From NCBI GenBank assembly GCA_965247115.1, contig CBDFGR010000002.1:1760001-1824000 (forward strand): a DNA stretch of 64,000 bases, read 5' to 3'. This DNA comes from Myxococcota bacterium (GTDB lineage: Bacteria > Myxococcota_A > UBA9160 > SZUA-336). Shown piece after piece: positions 1-8,399 of this stretch (within the stretch, counting starts at the first letter, position 1; every line of letters begins with the position of its first letter). Below the pieces are notes generated by a model. That model did not search any database, was not told the DNA's origin, and saw only the letters and a list, made by a program, of their open reading frames with translations. The translations under genes were made by a program, and so were the position numbers.

Positions 1-488
1 CAGGGACGCTCCTGGCCAAGGTGGTACAGCCCGAGTCCCTCAAGGCGGAGCTGCGTATTCCGGAGGCCCAGGCGAAGGAGGTGTTGCTCGGCCAGCAGGT
101 CGAGGTGGACACGCACAACGGGATCGTCCCCGGCCACGTCGTGCGTATCGATCCCGCCGTGCAGCGTGGCACCGTGACTGTGGACGTGGCGCTCGACGCT
201 GAGCTCCCGCGCGGTGCGCGCCCCGACCTCTCCGTAGACGGCCGTATCGAGCTCGAGCGTCTGCAGGACGTGCTCTACACTGGCCGCCCCGCCTTCGGCC
301 GTTCGAACAGCCGGATCTCGCTCTTCAAGCTCGCGGAGGGCGACGCCACTGCGACACGTGTGGTCGTGAGTCTCGGGGGAAGCTCGGTGAGCGAGGTCGA
401 GATCCGGGCAGGCCTCGAGGAGGGGGACCGAGTCATCCTCTCCGACATGTCCGAGTGGGATGGAGCGGAGCGGATCGAGCTGGATTGA
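1..488 (+). CDS. Efflux membrane-fusion/periplasmic adaptor protein (MacA/HlyD-like), 5' partial
   Basis: Beta-barrel region (G.V.RIDP.V..GTV.V.V, RPDLSVDG, GL.EGD.V); directly upstream of ABC ATPase and permease; open at window edge. Confidence 0.85.
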   Translation, partial: GTLLAKVVQPESLKAELRIPEAQAKEVLLGQQVEVDTHNGIVPGHVVRIDPAVQRGTVTVDVALDAELPRGARPDLSVDGRIELERLQDVLYTGRPAFGRSNSRISLFKLAEGDATATRVVVSLGGSSVSEVEIRAGLEEGDRVILSDMSEWDGAERIELD

Positions 489-504
489 GGCAGAGGAGCT
501 GTAG

Positions 505-1197
505 ATGAGCCAGGACGCGCAGTCGCTGATCCAGCTCGCCGGCGTCTCGAAGATCTTCGAGACGGACGAGGTCGAGACGCATGCCCTCTCGGAAGTGGAT
601 CTCGAGATCCGTTCCGGGGAGTACGTGTCGGTCTCCGGACCCTCCGGGTGCGGAAAGACCACGCTGCTCTCGATCCTCGGCCTGCTGGACTCCCCTTCAC
701 GGGGCACGTACACCCTCGGTCAGCAGCCGGTCGGGGGTCTGTCCCCTGCGCAGCGAGCGCGCGTGCGGAGCCAGCAGATCGGCTTCATCTTTCAGAGCTT
801 CAACCTGATCGGCGATCTCAGTGTCTACGACAACGTCGAGCTGCTGCTCACCTATCAGGGCGTGCCGGCGCGTGAGCGCCGCGAGAAGGTGGGGTCGGCG
901 CTGGAGCGAGTGCAGATGGCCCACCGCACCAAGCACATGCCGAGCCAGCTCTCGGGTGGACAGCAGCAGCGAGTTGCTGTAGCCCGCGCCGTCGTCGGCA
1001 ATCCCCTGATCCTGCTCGCGGATGAGCCCACCGGGAACCTCGACTCTGCAAACGGCGAGCAGGTGATGGATCTCATGCACCAGCTGCACAAGGGGGGCTC
1101 GACCATCTGCATGGTCACCCACGACCCGCGCTACTCCGAGCACGCGCAGCGCACGGTCCAACTCTTCGACGGTCGCGTGGCCAAAGAGGAGAGCTAG
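505..1197 (+). CDS. ABC transporter ATP-binding protein (MacB/LolD family)
   Basis: Walker A GPSGCGKTT, signature LSGGQQQRV, Walker B LLADEPTGNLD, H-loop VTHD. Confidence 0.95.
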   Translation: MSQDAQSLIQLAGVSKIFETDEVETHALSEVDLEIRSGEYVSVSGPSGCGKTTLLSILGLLDSPSRGTYTLGQQPVGGLSPAQRARVRSQQIGFIFQSFNLIGDLSVYDNVELLLTYQGVPARERREKVGSALERVQMAHRTKHMPSQLSGGQQQRVAVARAVVGNPLILLADEPTGNLDSANGEQVMDLMHQLHKGGSTICMVTHDPRYSEHAQRTVQLFDGRVAKEES

Positions 1198-1201
1198 GGA
1201 G

Positions 1202-3607
1202 ATGTTCTGGCGCGACGTCCGCTTCGGCGCGCTGGCCCTGCTCCGCACGCCCGGCTTCACGCTGGTCGCGGTTTTGACGCTGGCGCTCGGGGTCGGGGTG
1301 AACGGGGCGATCTTCAGCATCGTGAGCGGGACCCTTCTGAACTCGCTCCCCTGGAAGGACCCGTCGACGATCGTCGGTCTCTTCGAGAAGAAGCCGCGTC
1401 AGGACCAGCGACAGTACTGGGTGTCGACGGCCAAGTACCCGGAGTGGCGTGAGCAGCTCCGCTCGTTCACGGACCTCGCAGCGCTCTATCCCTGGGGGTT
1501 CAACCTGACGGATGGCGGAGAGCTCGACTTCGTCGACGCGGCGCTCGTCACGCCGAACAACTTCTCGGTGCTGGGCATCCGTCCCAGGCTCGGGCGGGCG
1601 TTCGTAGACGATGATGCGCGGCCCGACGCGGAGAAGGTGGTTGTCCTCAGTCACGGTCTCTGGGAGCGACGCTACGCTGCGGACCCGGATATCGTGGGCA
1701 AGCGGCTCGAGATCGACGGGGAGCCCGCGACCATCGTCGGGGTCCTCTCCTCCGACCAGTGGTTTCCCTGGCCATGGACCCAGCTCGTTGCGCCGCTCCG
1801 ACTCGAGAAGGCTGCGGCCTCTCGCACCGACCACAGGCTCGGGGTGTACGCGCGGCTGGCCCCTGGGGTCAGCTTGGAGCAGGCGCGGGCCGAGCTCCAG
1901 GTCGTGAGTCGGCGGCTGGCCGAGCAGTACCCGGAGACCGACGCCGAGTGGACGGCGGGCGCGTACCTGAGCCGCGACCGCGTTGTCCAGGGGCGGACGC
2001 GGACGGCGATCTGGATCTTGATGGGCTCGGTCGGCTTCGTGCTCCTGATCGCGTGCGCAAACGTGGCGAACCTGCTGCTCGCCCGCGGCGCGGGCAGGCA
2101 GAAGGAGCTGTCCATCCGGGCCGCTCTCGGGGCCACGCGCGCGCAGCTCGTCCGCCAGCTGCTCACCGAGAGCACGCTGCTCGCGCTGCTGGCGCTACCC
2201 TTCGCTATGCTTGTCACACGCTGGTCGCTCGACTTCTTTCTCTCGCAAGTACCGGACAGCGTGACGTACATGGAGCAGTTCTTCCGCTTGGACGCGCCGG
2301 TGCTCACCTTCCTGGTCCTGGTCACCCTGCTGACGGTGTTCCTGTTCGGACTTGCCCCCGCCTTCCAGGTGTCCAGAGCGGACATGAACCAGAACCTGAA
2401 GGAGGGTGGGGATCGCGGCTCCAGCGGGGCGGGCCGCCAGCGGCTGCGCTCTGGACTCGTGGTGGTGCAGATCTCTCTCGCGCTCTCGCTCCTGGTGACG
2501 TGCGGTCTCTTGATCCAGAGCTTTGGCAACACCCGCCGGGTGGACCCAGGCTTTCGGCTCGAGAACCTGCTCACGACCTCGCTGGATCTCCCGAAGTCGC
2601 GCTACCCCGAAGAAGAGCACTGGAAGGGTTTCCAGCGCGACGTGCTCGCGCGCCTTCGGCGGCTGCCCGGCGTGGAGAGCGCCGCCTCCGTGAACAATGC
2701 GCCGTTCGGCTTTGGTGGCTGGGACAGGAACTTCACCGTCCTGGGCCAGCCTCTGGCTTTCGAGGAGAAGATTCCCACTGGAAACTGGCTGCACGCAAGT
2801 CCGGGCTACTTCCAGACGCTCGGCATTCGCTTGCTGCAGGGGCGTGCGTTCAGCAAGGACGACGGCGAGAGCGCGGCTCCAGTGGTCGTGATCAACCAGA
2901 CGCTCGCGCGGCGTCACTTTGCCGCCGAGTCCCCGCTCGGGCAGCGGATCGTGATCGACGGGGGTGAGCCCCGGGAGATCATCGGTGTGGTCGCGGACAT
3001 CAAGCACTGGGGCTTCAACGAAGACCCCTCCCCGCAGCTCTTCGAGCCCTTCGTTCAGCAGCCGTCGAGCTTCATGAGCCTGGTACTGCGCACGAAGGGG
3101 GATCCTCTCATGGTCGTGCCCGGCTTGAGGCGAGAGGTGCGCGCGATCGACCCCGTGCTTCCCATCTTTACCGTGGAGACGATGACCTCGCGAGCAGAGC
3201 GGTCTCTGTGGCAGGGGAGCCTGTTCGCGCTGCAGATGGGAATCCTGGGAGGGCTGGCGCTCGTACTGGCCGCCGTGGGGATCTACGGCGTGGTAAGCTT
3301 CTCGACCGCGCAGCGCACGCGCGAGTTCGGCATCCGCTCGGCGCTCGGAGCCGAGCCTCACGGGATCGCGCTCCTGGTCCTGCGTGAGTCCGTCCGACTC
3401 GCGACGTACGGCGTCGCCCTCGGACTCCTGCTCACAGCTCTTCTGGTGCAGGCGATCAAGGGTCTGCTCTACGAGGTGAACCCCTGGGACCCGGTGACCT
3501 TCATCTCGCTATCCGTCATCCTGGCCACGGTTGCGATTGGCTCGAGCACCGTCCCGGCGCTGCGAGCCACGCGCATCGACCCGATGGAGGCGCTCCGGGT
3601 CGAGTGA
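1202..3607 (+). CDS. ABC transporter permease with duplicated MacB/FtsX domains (ADOP-like)
   Basis: 801 aa; PGFTLVAVLTLALGVG, LLIACANVANLLLAR, RTREFGIRSALGA, RATRIDPMEALR. Confidence 0.92.
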   Translation: MFWRDVRFGALALLRTPGFTLVAVLTLALGVGVNGAIFSIVSGTLLNSLPWKDPSTIVGLFEKKPRQDQRQYWVSTAKYPEWREQLRSFTDLAALYPWGFNLTDGGELDFVDAALVTPNNFSVLGIRPRLGRAFVDDDARPDAEKVVVLSHGLWERRYAADPDIVGKRLEIDGEPATIVGVLSSDQWFPWPWTQLVAPLRLEKAAASRTDHRLGVYARLAPGVSLEQARAELQVVSRRLAEQYPETDAEWTAGAYLSRDRVVQGRTRTAIWILMGSVGFVLLIACANVANLLLARGAGRQKELSIRAALGATRAQLVRQLLTESTLLALLALPFAMLVTRWSLDFFLSQVPDSVTYMEQFFRLDAPVLTFLVLVTLLTVFLFGLAPAFQVSRADMNQNLKEGGDRGSSGAGRQRLRSGLVVVQISLALSLLVTCGLLIQSFGNTRRVDPGFRLENLLTTSLDLPKSRYPEEEHWKGFQRDVLARLRRLPGVESAASVNNAPFGFGGWDRNFTVLGQPLAFEEKIPTGNWLHASPGYFQTLGIRLLQGRAFSKDDGESAAPVVVINQTLARRHFAAESPLGQRIVIDGGEPREIIGVVADIKHWGFNEDPSPQLFEPFVQQPSSFMSLVLRTKGDPLMVVPGLRREVRAIDPVLPIFTVETMTSRAERSLWQGSLFALQMGILGGLALVLAAVGIYGVVSFSTAQRTREFGIRSALGAEPHGIALLVLRESVRLATYGVALGLLLTALLVQAIKGLLYEVNPWDPVTFISLSVILATVAIGSSTVPALRATRIDPMEALRVE

Positions 3608-4545
3608 CACGCTTTACGACGCTCGGACGCACGGGGCTCCGCGTGAGCGTGGCCGGTCTTGGCTGTGGTGGCCACAGCAGGCTCGGCCAGACGAGCGGCG
3701 CAAGCGAGTCGGACTCGGTGGCAGTGGTCGACCGGGCTCTCGATCTCGGCATCAACTTCATCGACACGGCGCGTGCCTACCGGACCGAGACGATCGTGGG
3801 GAAGGCGATTGCTGGAAAGCGGGAGAGCGTCGTGATCTCCACCAAGGCAATCCCCCAGGACAACCGGGGCCTGCTGGGAGCCGCTGACCTGGTTCGGTCG
3901 CTGGAGCGCAGTCTCGAGCGACTGGGGACCGACTACGTGGATGTGTTCCACCTTCACGGCGTGGACCTCGACCAGTACGAGCACTGCAAGAACGAGCTCG
4001 TTCCGGCGCTTTACCGCGCGCGCGAACAGGGGAAGATCCGCTTCCTCGGTATCACGGAGCGCTTCTCGGGCGATCCCCAGCACCGCATGCTGGAGCGAGC
4101 GCTTCGCGACGACTGCTGGGACGTGATGATGGTCGGCTTCAACCTGCTGAACCCCTCCGCGCGCGAACGCGTGCTACGGCCGGCGCTCGAGCGCGGCGTC
4201 GGCACGCTGATCATGTTTGCCGTGCGCCGCGCGCTGAGCCAGCCCCTGGTGCTGCGCGAGCTGGTCGGCGACCTGGTGGTGCGTGGTGCGATTCCGTCTG
4301 ACGGGACGGACGCCGACGACCCGCTCGGCTTTCTGGTCTCGGAAGACAGCGCACGCAGCGTTGTGGAGGCGGCCTATCGCTTCTGCAGTCACGAGCCCGG
4401 CGCCCACGTCATCCTCAGCGGGACAAGCAAGCTCGCGCACCTCGAGCAGAACGTGGCCGCCATCGAATCCGGTCCGCTCCCCCCGGCAGACCGCACACGC
4501 CTCGCCAAGCTATTCGGCGCGATCGACTTCGTCTCCGGCAACTAG
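3604..4545 (+). CDS. Aldo/keto reductase
   Basis: LGRTGLRVS, GINFIDTARAY, SLERLGTDYVD.F.LH; GTGA overlap with permease stop. Confidence 0.9.
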   Translation: MTRFTTLGRTGLRVSVAGLGCGGHSRLGQTSGASESDSVAVVDRALDLGINFIDTARAYRTETIVGKAIAGKRESVVISTKAIPQDNRGLLGAADLVRSLERSLERLGTDYVDVFHLHGVDLDQYEHCKNELVPALYRAREQGKIRFLGITERFSGDPQHRMLERALRDDCWDVMMVGFNLLNPSARERVLRPALERGVGTLIMFAVRRALSQPLVLRELVGDLVVRGAIPSDGTDADDPLGFLVSEDSARSVVEAAYRFCSHEPGAHVILSGTSKLAHLEQNVAAIESGPLPPADRTRLAKLFGAIDFVSGN

Positions 4546-4617
4546 TCGCCACCGCCCAAGCGCCCACGAGACCCATTGGCAGCTGCTACACTCGATCTTG
4601 ATACCCCGTCGGAACGG

Positions 4618-4818
4618 ACGACTCACGCCGAAGCGCTTGCAACGCTCGGTCATGCTGTAGAGCCTGCTCTCGTAGTCCGCGATAAACCGGATCCTCTCTT
4701 GCACGGCTGACGTCTTCGCCCAGGGCATCGCTCCCCCCTCCCCCCTTGCTGCATGCAGCTCGGAGTGTGTCAGCGATGTTCCAGGTCTTAACTGTCAACC
4801 ATCTACCCAGCTCTGTAC
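4618..4818 (-). mobile_element. IS481-family left end with truncated transposase N-terminus (remnant)
   Basis: Minus-strand MPWAKTSAVQERIRFIADYESRLYSMTERCKRFGVSR (ATG 4728) resembles the IS481 HTH start; two related subterminal repeats tgtcagcgatgttcc and tgtcaaccatctacc at ~4768-4807; no integrase core follows. Confidence 0.7.
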
Positions 4819-4821
4819 CCC

Positions 4822-4849
4822 TTGACATATCAATAGAAAGCCCTAATCT
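4822..4849 (+). promoter_or_regulatory. Putative sigma70 promoter of the RAYT gene
   Basis: TTGACA (4822-4827), 16 bp spacer, TAATCT (4844-4849) in an AT-rich patch before ATG 4868. Confidence 0.55.
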
Positions 4850-4867
4850 ACACTAATTGGTGAATGG

Positions 4868-5572
4868 ATGAGAACGTCAGACCGACAGGTCTCGCTTGAT
4901 CTACGGCCTCTAGCGCGTCATGGCGGTCGACGCGAGGGGGCGGGACGCAAGGTTGGGCCGAATCCTTCGGTTCGTCACCGGAGTCGGCCGAATCTGGCGT
5001 CGCGATACCCTTGCCACGTGACGCTCCGCGTACGCGAGGGGGTCCCGTCGTTGCGGGCTCCAGCGTTTGTGCGGGCGTTTGAGGAGACGTTGGCGCGTGG
5101 GTGCGACCGGGGAGAGTTTCGGGTGGTGCACTACGCGCTCTTGCGGGATCACGCGCACCTTATCGTTGAGGCGAAGGATCGGGGTGCGCTCGGTCGGGGG
5201 ATGAAGTCGTTCACCAGGAGGATGTTGGGGGCGATGGGGAGTGCGTTCGGGTGGCGAGGGGGGTTGCTTGCGGATCGTTACCATATGCGGGTGTTGAAGA
5301 CCCCGCGAGAAGTTCGGAACGCGATCCGGTACGTGCTGCTAAACGCTGCGCGACATCGCGGTACACCGCTCAAGAGGAACATCGATCTGGCCTCATCGGG
5401 CCGCTGGTTTGACGGATGGGTGAGGGGGACAGTGCGAGTCACACCTGACGTGGGAGCGCGGGCGGTCGCGAGGGCGCATACGTGGCTGCTCAGTACAGGG
5501 TGGCGGCGGCATGGACTGCTCGATCCGTCGGAGGTGCCGGGTTCGGCGCGCGCGTCTCTAGCCTTGCAATAG
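4868..5572 (+). CDS. HUH Y1 transposase, REP-associated tyrosine transposase (RAYT)-like
   Basis: P.HVT.R, HUH motif DHAHLIVEA, DRYH, helix RNAIRYVLLN with catalytic Tyr candidate; N-terminal GGRREGAGRK; no tnpB nearby. Confidence 0.8.
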   Translation: MRTSDRQVSLDLRPLARHGGRREGAGRKVGPNPSVRHRSRPNLASRYPCHVTLRVREGVPSLRAPAFVRAFEETLARGCDRGEFRVVHYALLRDHAHLIVEAKDRGALGRGMKSFTRRMLGAMGSAFGWRGGLLADRYHMRVLKTPREVRNAIRYVLLNAARHRGTPLKRNIDLASSGRWFDGWVRGTVRVTPDVGARAVARAHTWLLSTGWRRHGLLDPSEVPGSARASLALQ

Positions 5573-5574
5573 GT

Positions 5575-6090
5575 TCACTCAGCGATTGGGTTGGATGTGG
5601 TGGCCGTGCAGATTACGATGGTGTCGATGACGGGTTCGAGCAAAGCGACAATGCCCTCCGTGACCGGCTCGGGCATACGTACGGCGGAGTGGGCGATCGT
5701 CGCCGAGCCGAGCCCCGCCTCGTTGGAGAAGGCGGCCCGCTGAAAGCCGATGATCATCACCCCGGGCGCCCCGCCGGAGACGATTCCGAGGCAGCCGACG
5801 ACGATCCCGAGCGCGTAAAAGCTGCCCATGATCTTGCCCAGCATCGGCAGGCCGCGCTGTGCGAGGCCCGCGCTCCAGGTAGTACATCGGCCGCCCGATA
5901 CGGTTTCGTCCGGGTTCTCGCGGCGGAAGATCACGCCCAGCGTGCACTCGACGAACTTGGACGACATGCCGAGGAAGCCCGCGACGATCAGCCAGAAGGC
6001 CGCGCCGGGTCCGCCGAGGGATATCGCGACGGCAACACCGCCGATGTTCCCGATGCCGACCGTTCCAGAGACGGCGGTTGCGAGCCCGTG
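5575..6090 (-). pseudogene. Alanine/glycine:cation symporter (AgcS) remnant
   Basis: SGTVGIGNIGGVAVAI.LGGPGA.FW and RAAFSNEAGLGS motifs; GGPMYYL displaced to another frame; internal section and both termini missing. Confidence 0.85.
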
Positions 6091-6189
6091 CGGATCTACC
6101 ACATGTGCGACGGGCTCCTGTTCGTGCACCGGGGAAATGACCAACTGGCGCATGGTAGGATGCCGCCACGCTCACCGAAGGCGTTACCC

Positions 6190-6996
6190 TTGACCTCGGA
6201 AGCCCAGACGCACACCAGCGAGACGTTCGAGCTGCCCTCCGGTCGGATCCACATGCTCCGAGCGGGCTCCGGGGATCCCCTGGTGGTCTTGCATCACTCC
6301 ACTGGAAACCCCGGCTGGATCCCGTTCTACGAGCGCCTCGCCCACAGCTTCGCGGTCCACGTTCCGGATCTCCCTGGCTACGGCCAGTCGGCCCAGCCGG
6401 ATTGGGCGCGCGACCCGCGGGACCTGGCGATTCAGATGAGCCACTTTCTCGAGCGGCTCGGGCTCGATGAGGTGTGCCTCGTGGGGCTCGGCTTCGGTGG
6501 TTTCGTCGCCGCCGAGCTCGCCTGCATGAACGCGTCGCGCCTGGCGAGCCTGGTCCTGATCGGTGCCGCCGGCCTGCAGCCCGAGAGCGGGGAGATCGCG
6601 GACCAGATGCTCGCGGGACACGAAGCGTACTTCAAGGCCGGCTTTCGCGACGAGGCCAGCTACCAGGAGCACTTTGGTGACGAGATGGCCGCCGAGTTCA
6701 GCGAGCTCTGGGACTTCAGCCGGGTGATGACCGCGCGCGTCACCTGGAAGCCCTACATGTTCAACCGCCGACTGCCGTTCCTCTTGCGGGACGTCGACAC
6801 GCCAACGCTGCTGATCTGGGGAACGGAAGACCAGATCGTGCCCGCGATCTGCGGGGAGCAGTACCAGCGGGCACTGCCGAATGCGGAGCTCGAGCTCGTG
6901 GAAAGTGCGGGGCATCTCGTCGAGTACGAGCAGTCCGCAGACATCGCCAGCAAGATTGCAGCGCACGCGCGAAAAACGTTGCGTAGAACCCGATAG
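6190..6996 (+). CDS. Alpha/beta-hydrolase-fold protein (elbow GLGFG, no Ser)
   Basis: LVVLHH, PDLPGYGQS, PTLLIWG.ED, GH; start uncertain (TTG 6190 or ATG 6160). Confidence 0.85.
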   Translation: MTSEAQTHTSETFELPSGRIHMLRAGSGDPLVVLHHSTGNPGWIPFYERLAHSFAVHVPDLPGYGQSAQPDWARDPRDLAIQMSHFLERLGLDEVCLVGLGFGGFVAAELACMNASRLASLVLIGAAGLQPESGEIADQMLAGHEAYFKAGFRDEASYQEHFGDEMAAEFSELWDFSRVMTARVTWKPYMFNRRLPFLLRDVDTPTLLIWGTEDQIVPAICGEQYQRALPNAELELVESAGHLVEYEQSADIASKIAAHARKTLRRTR

Positions 6997-7010
6997 ACAG
7001 GGAGAAAATC

Positions 7011-8378
7011 GTGTTCATCGGCACTTTCACGGAGCGCCCCTACCAGGATCACAAGTCGGGTTATTTTGGCGCGGCAGGCAAGAGCATTACCGACCTCTCG
7101 CTCAGCAACGCGTCGTACGATCCGCGCCTTGGTGCCGAGCTCTACAACCGTTACCTCGACGAGCGCGTCTATGCGGAGGAGGTGGGGTTCGACGGCTTGA
7201 TGCTGAACGAGCACCACAGCACTCCCTTCTGCATGGGCGGCGTCATGAACGTGGAGGCCGGCATCCTCGCGCGGATCACGCAGCGAGCGAAGATCGTGCT
7301 ACTCGGGAACGTCCTGCCGATCTGGGATGATCCACTCTGGCTCGCCGAAGAGCTGGCCGAGATCGACATGATCTCGCGCGGACGACTCGTGACCGGCTGG
7401 GTTCGTGGCACCGGTCGCGAGAGCGTCTCCCACAACGCGCAGCCACCCTTCAACTGGGAGCGCTTCCAGGAAGCCCACGACTTCATCGTCGAGGCCTGGA
7501 CGCGGCCAGGGCCGTTCCGCTGGGAAGGCGAGCACTTCCACTACCGCTACGTCAACCCGTGGTCGCGCCCGTATCAGGAGCCGCACCCGCAGATCTGGGT
7601 CCCCGGCGTGATGAGTCGCAACACCGTCGCCTGGGCCGCGAAGCGTCGGTATCCGTACCTGATGCTTGCCACCGAGCTCGGGCCCACGCGCGAATCTTTC
7701 GCCTACTACGACGACGTCGCGAAGGAAACGGGCTACGAGGCGGGCACCCAGCACCGCGGCTACCTGTTCAAGGTCCACGTCGACGAGACGGAGGAGCTCG
7801 CCGAAGAGGCCGGGCGCAAGTTCATCCAGGGACCGAGCAACCCGTTCCTGGAAGGGAACCAGGGGAACGTGCGGCCCTTCCTCCAGAACCTCCCTGGCCT
7901 GACGTCACGGACGAACCTGCTGCCGACGGTGAAGAGCTTCGCGGCCGCGGCCGCACGCGGGCGTCAGCGTGCGCACGAGGCTAGCACCAAGACGCCGGCG
8001 AAAGAGGTCGAGAGCGAGAACAAGCCGCGCGCGGCGCGCGATATCTTCGGCACCTACGAGCAGCAGATCGAGAAGCTCAGCATCGTGTCGGGGACGCCGA
8101 AAACGGTCATCCCCCGCGTGCGTCACGTGCTCGAATACCTGCGCCCTGGCACGATCTTCTTCTGGGACGGCGATGGCGCGATGACCCACGACGACCAGAT
8201 GCGGAGCCTGCGCTTGATGGGCGAAGAGGTGATTCCCGCGGTGCGCGAGATCGCAAAGGAGCTCGACCTCAAGGGGCCGTTCGAGGTCGATCCCATCACG
8301 GGCAAGTCGCTCAACGGCGCGGAGGCGGCGCCGCCGAAACCATCCGGCGAGGCGGAGACCACCGACGCCCAGCCTTAG
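7011..8378 (+). CDS. Luciferase-like (LLM) flavin-dependent monooxygenase
   Basis: AEEVGFDGLMLNEHH, LAEELAEIDMISRGRL, P.P.Q.PHP.IW, MRSLRLMGEEVIP. Confidence 0.9.
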   Translation: MFIGTFTERPYQDHKSGYFGAAGKSITDLSLSNASYDPRLGAELYNRYLDERVYAEEVGFDGLMLNEHHSTPFCMGGVMNVEAGILARITQRAKIVLLGNVLPIWDDPLWLAEELAEIDMISRGRLVTGWVRGTGRESVSHNAQPPFNWERFQEAHDFIVEAWTRPGPFRWEGEHFHYRYVNPWSRPYQEPHPQIWVPGVMSRNTVAWAAKRRYPYLMLATELGPTRESFAYYDDVAKETGYEAGTQHRGYLFKVHVDETEELAEEAGRKFIQGPSNPFLEGNQGNVRPFLQNLPGLTSRTNLLPTVKSFAAAAARGRQRAHEASTKTPAKEVESENKPRAARDIFGTYEQQIEKLSIVSGTPKTVIPRVRHVLEYLRPGTIFFWDGDGAMTHDDQMRSLRLMGEEVIPAVREIAKELDLKGPFEVDPITGKSLNGAEAAPPKPSGEAETTDAQP

Positions 8379-8399
8379 CCGGATCCCGGGGACGTCGCC

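Noticed and set aside
5482..6189. Long N-terminal extension of the 504-aa hydrolase ORF
   Set aside because: It is the antisense of the AgcS remnant; hydrolase similarity starts near 6190
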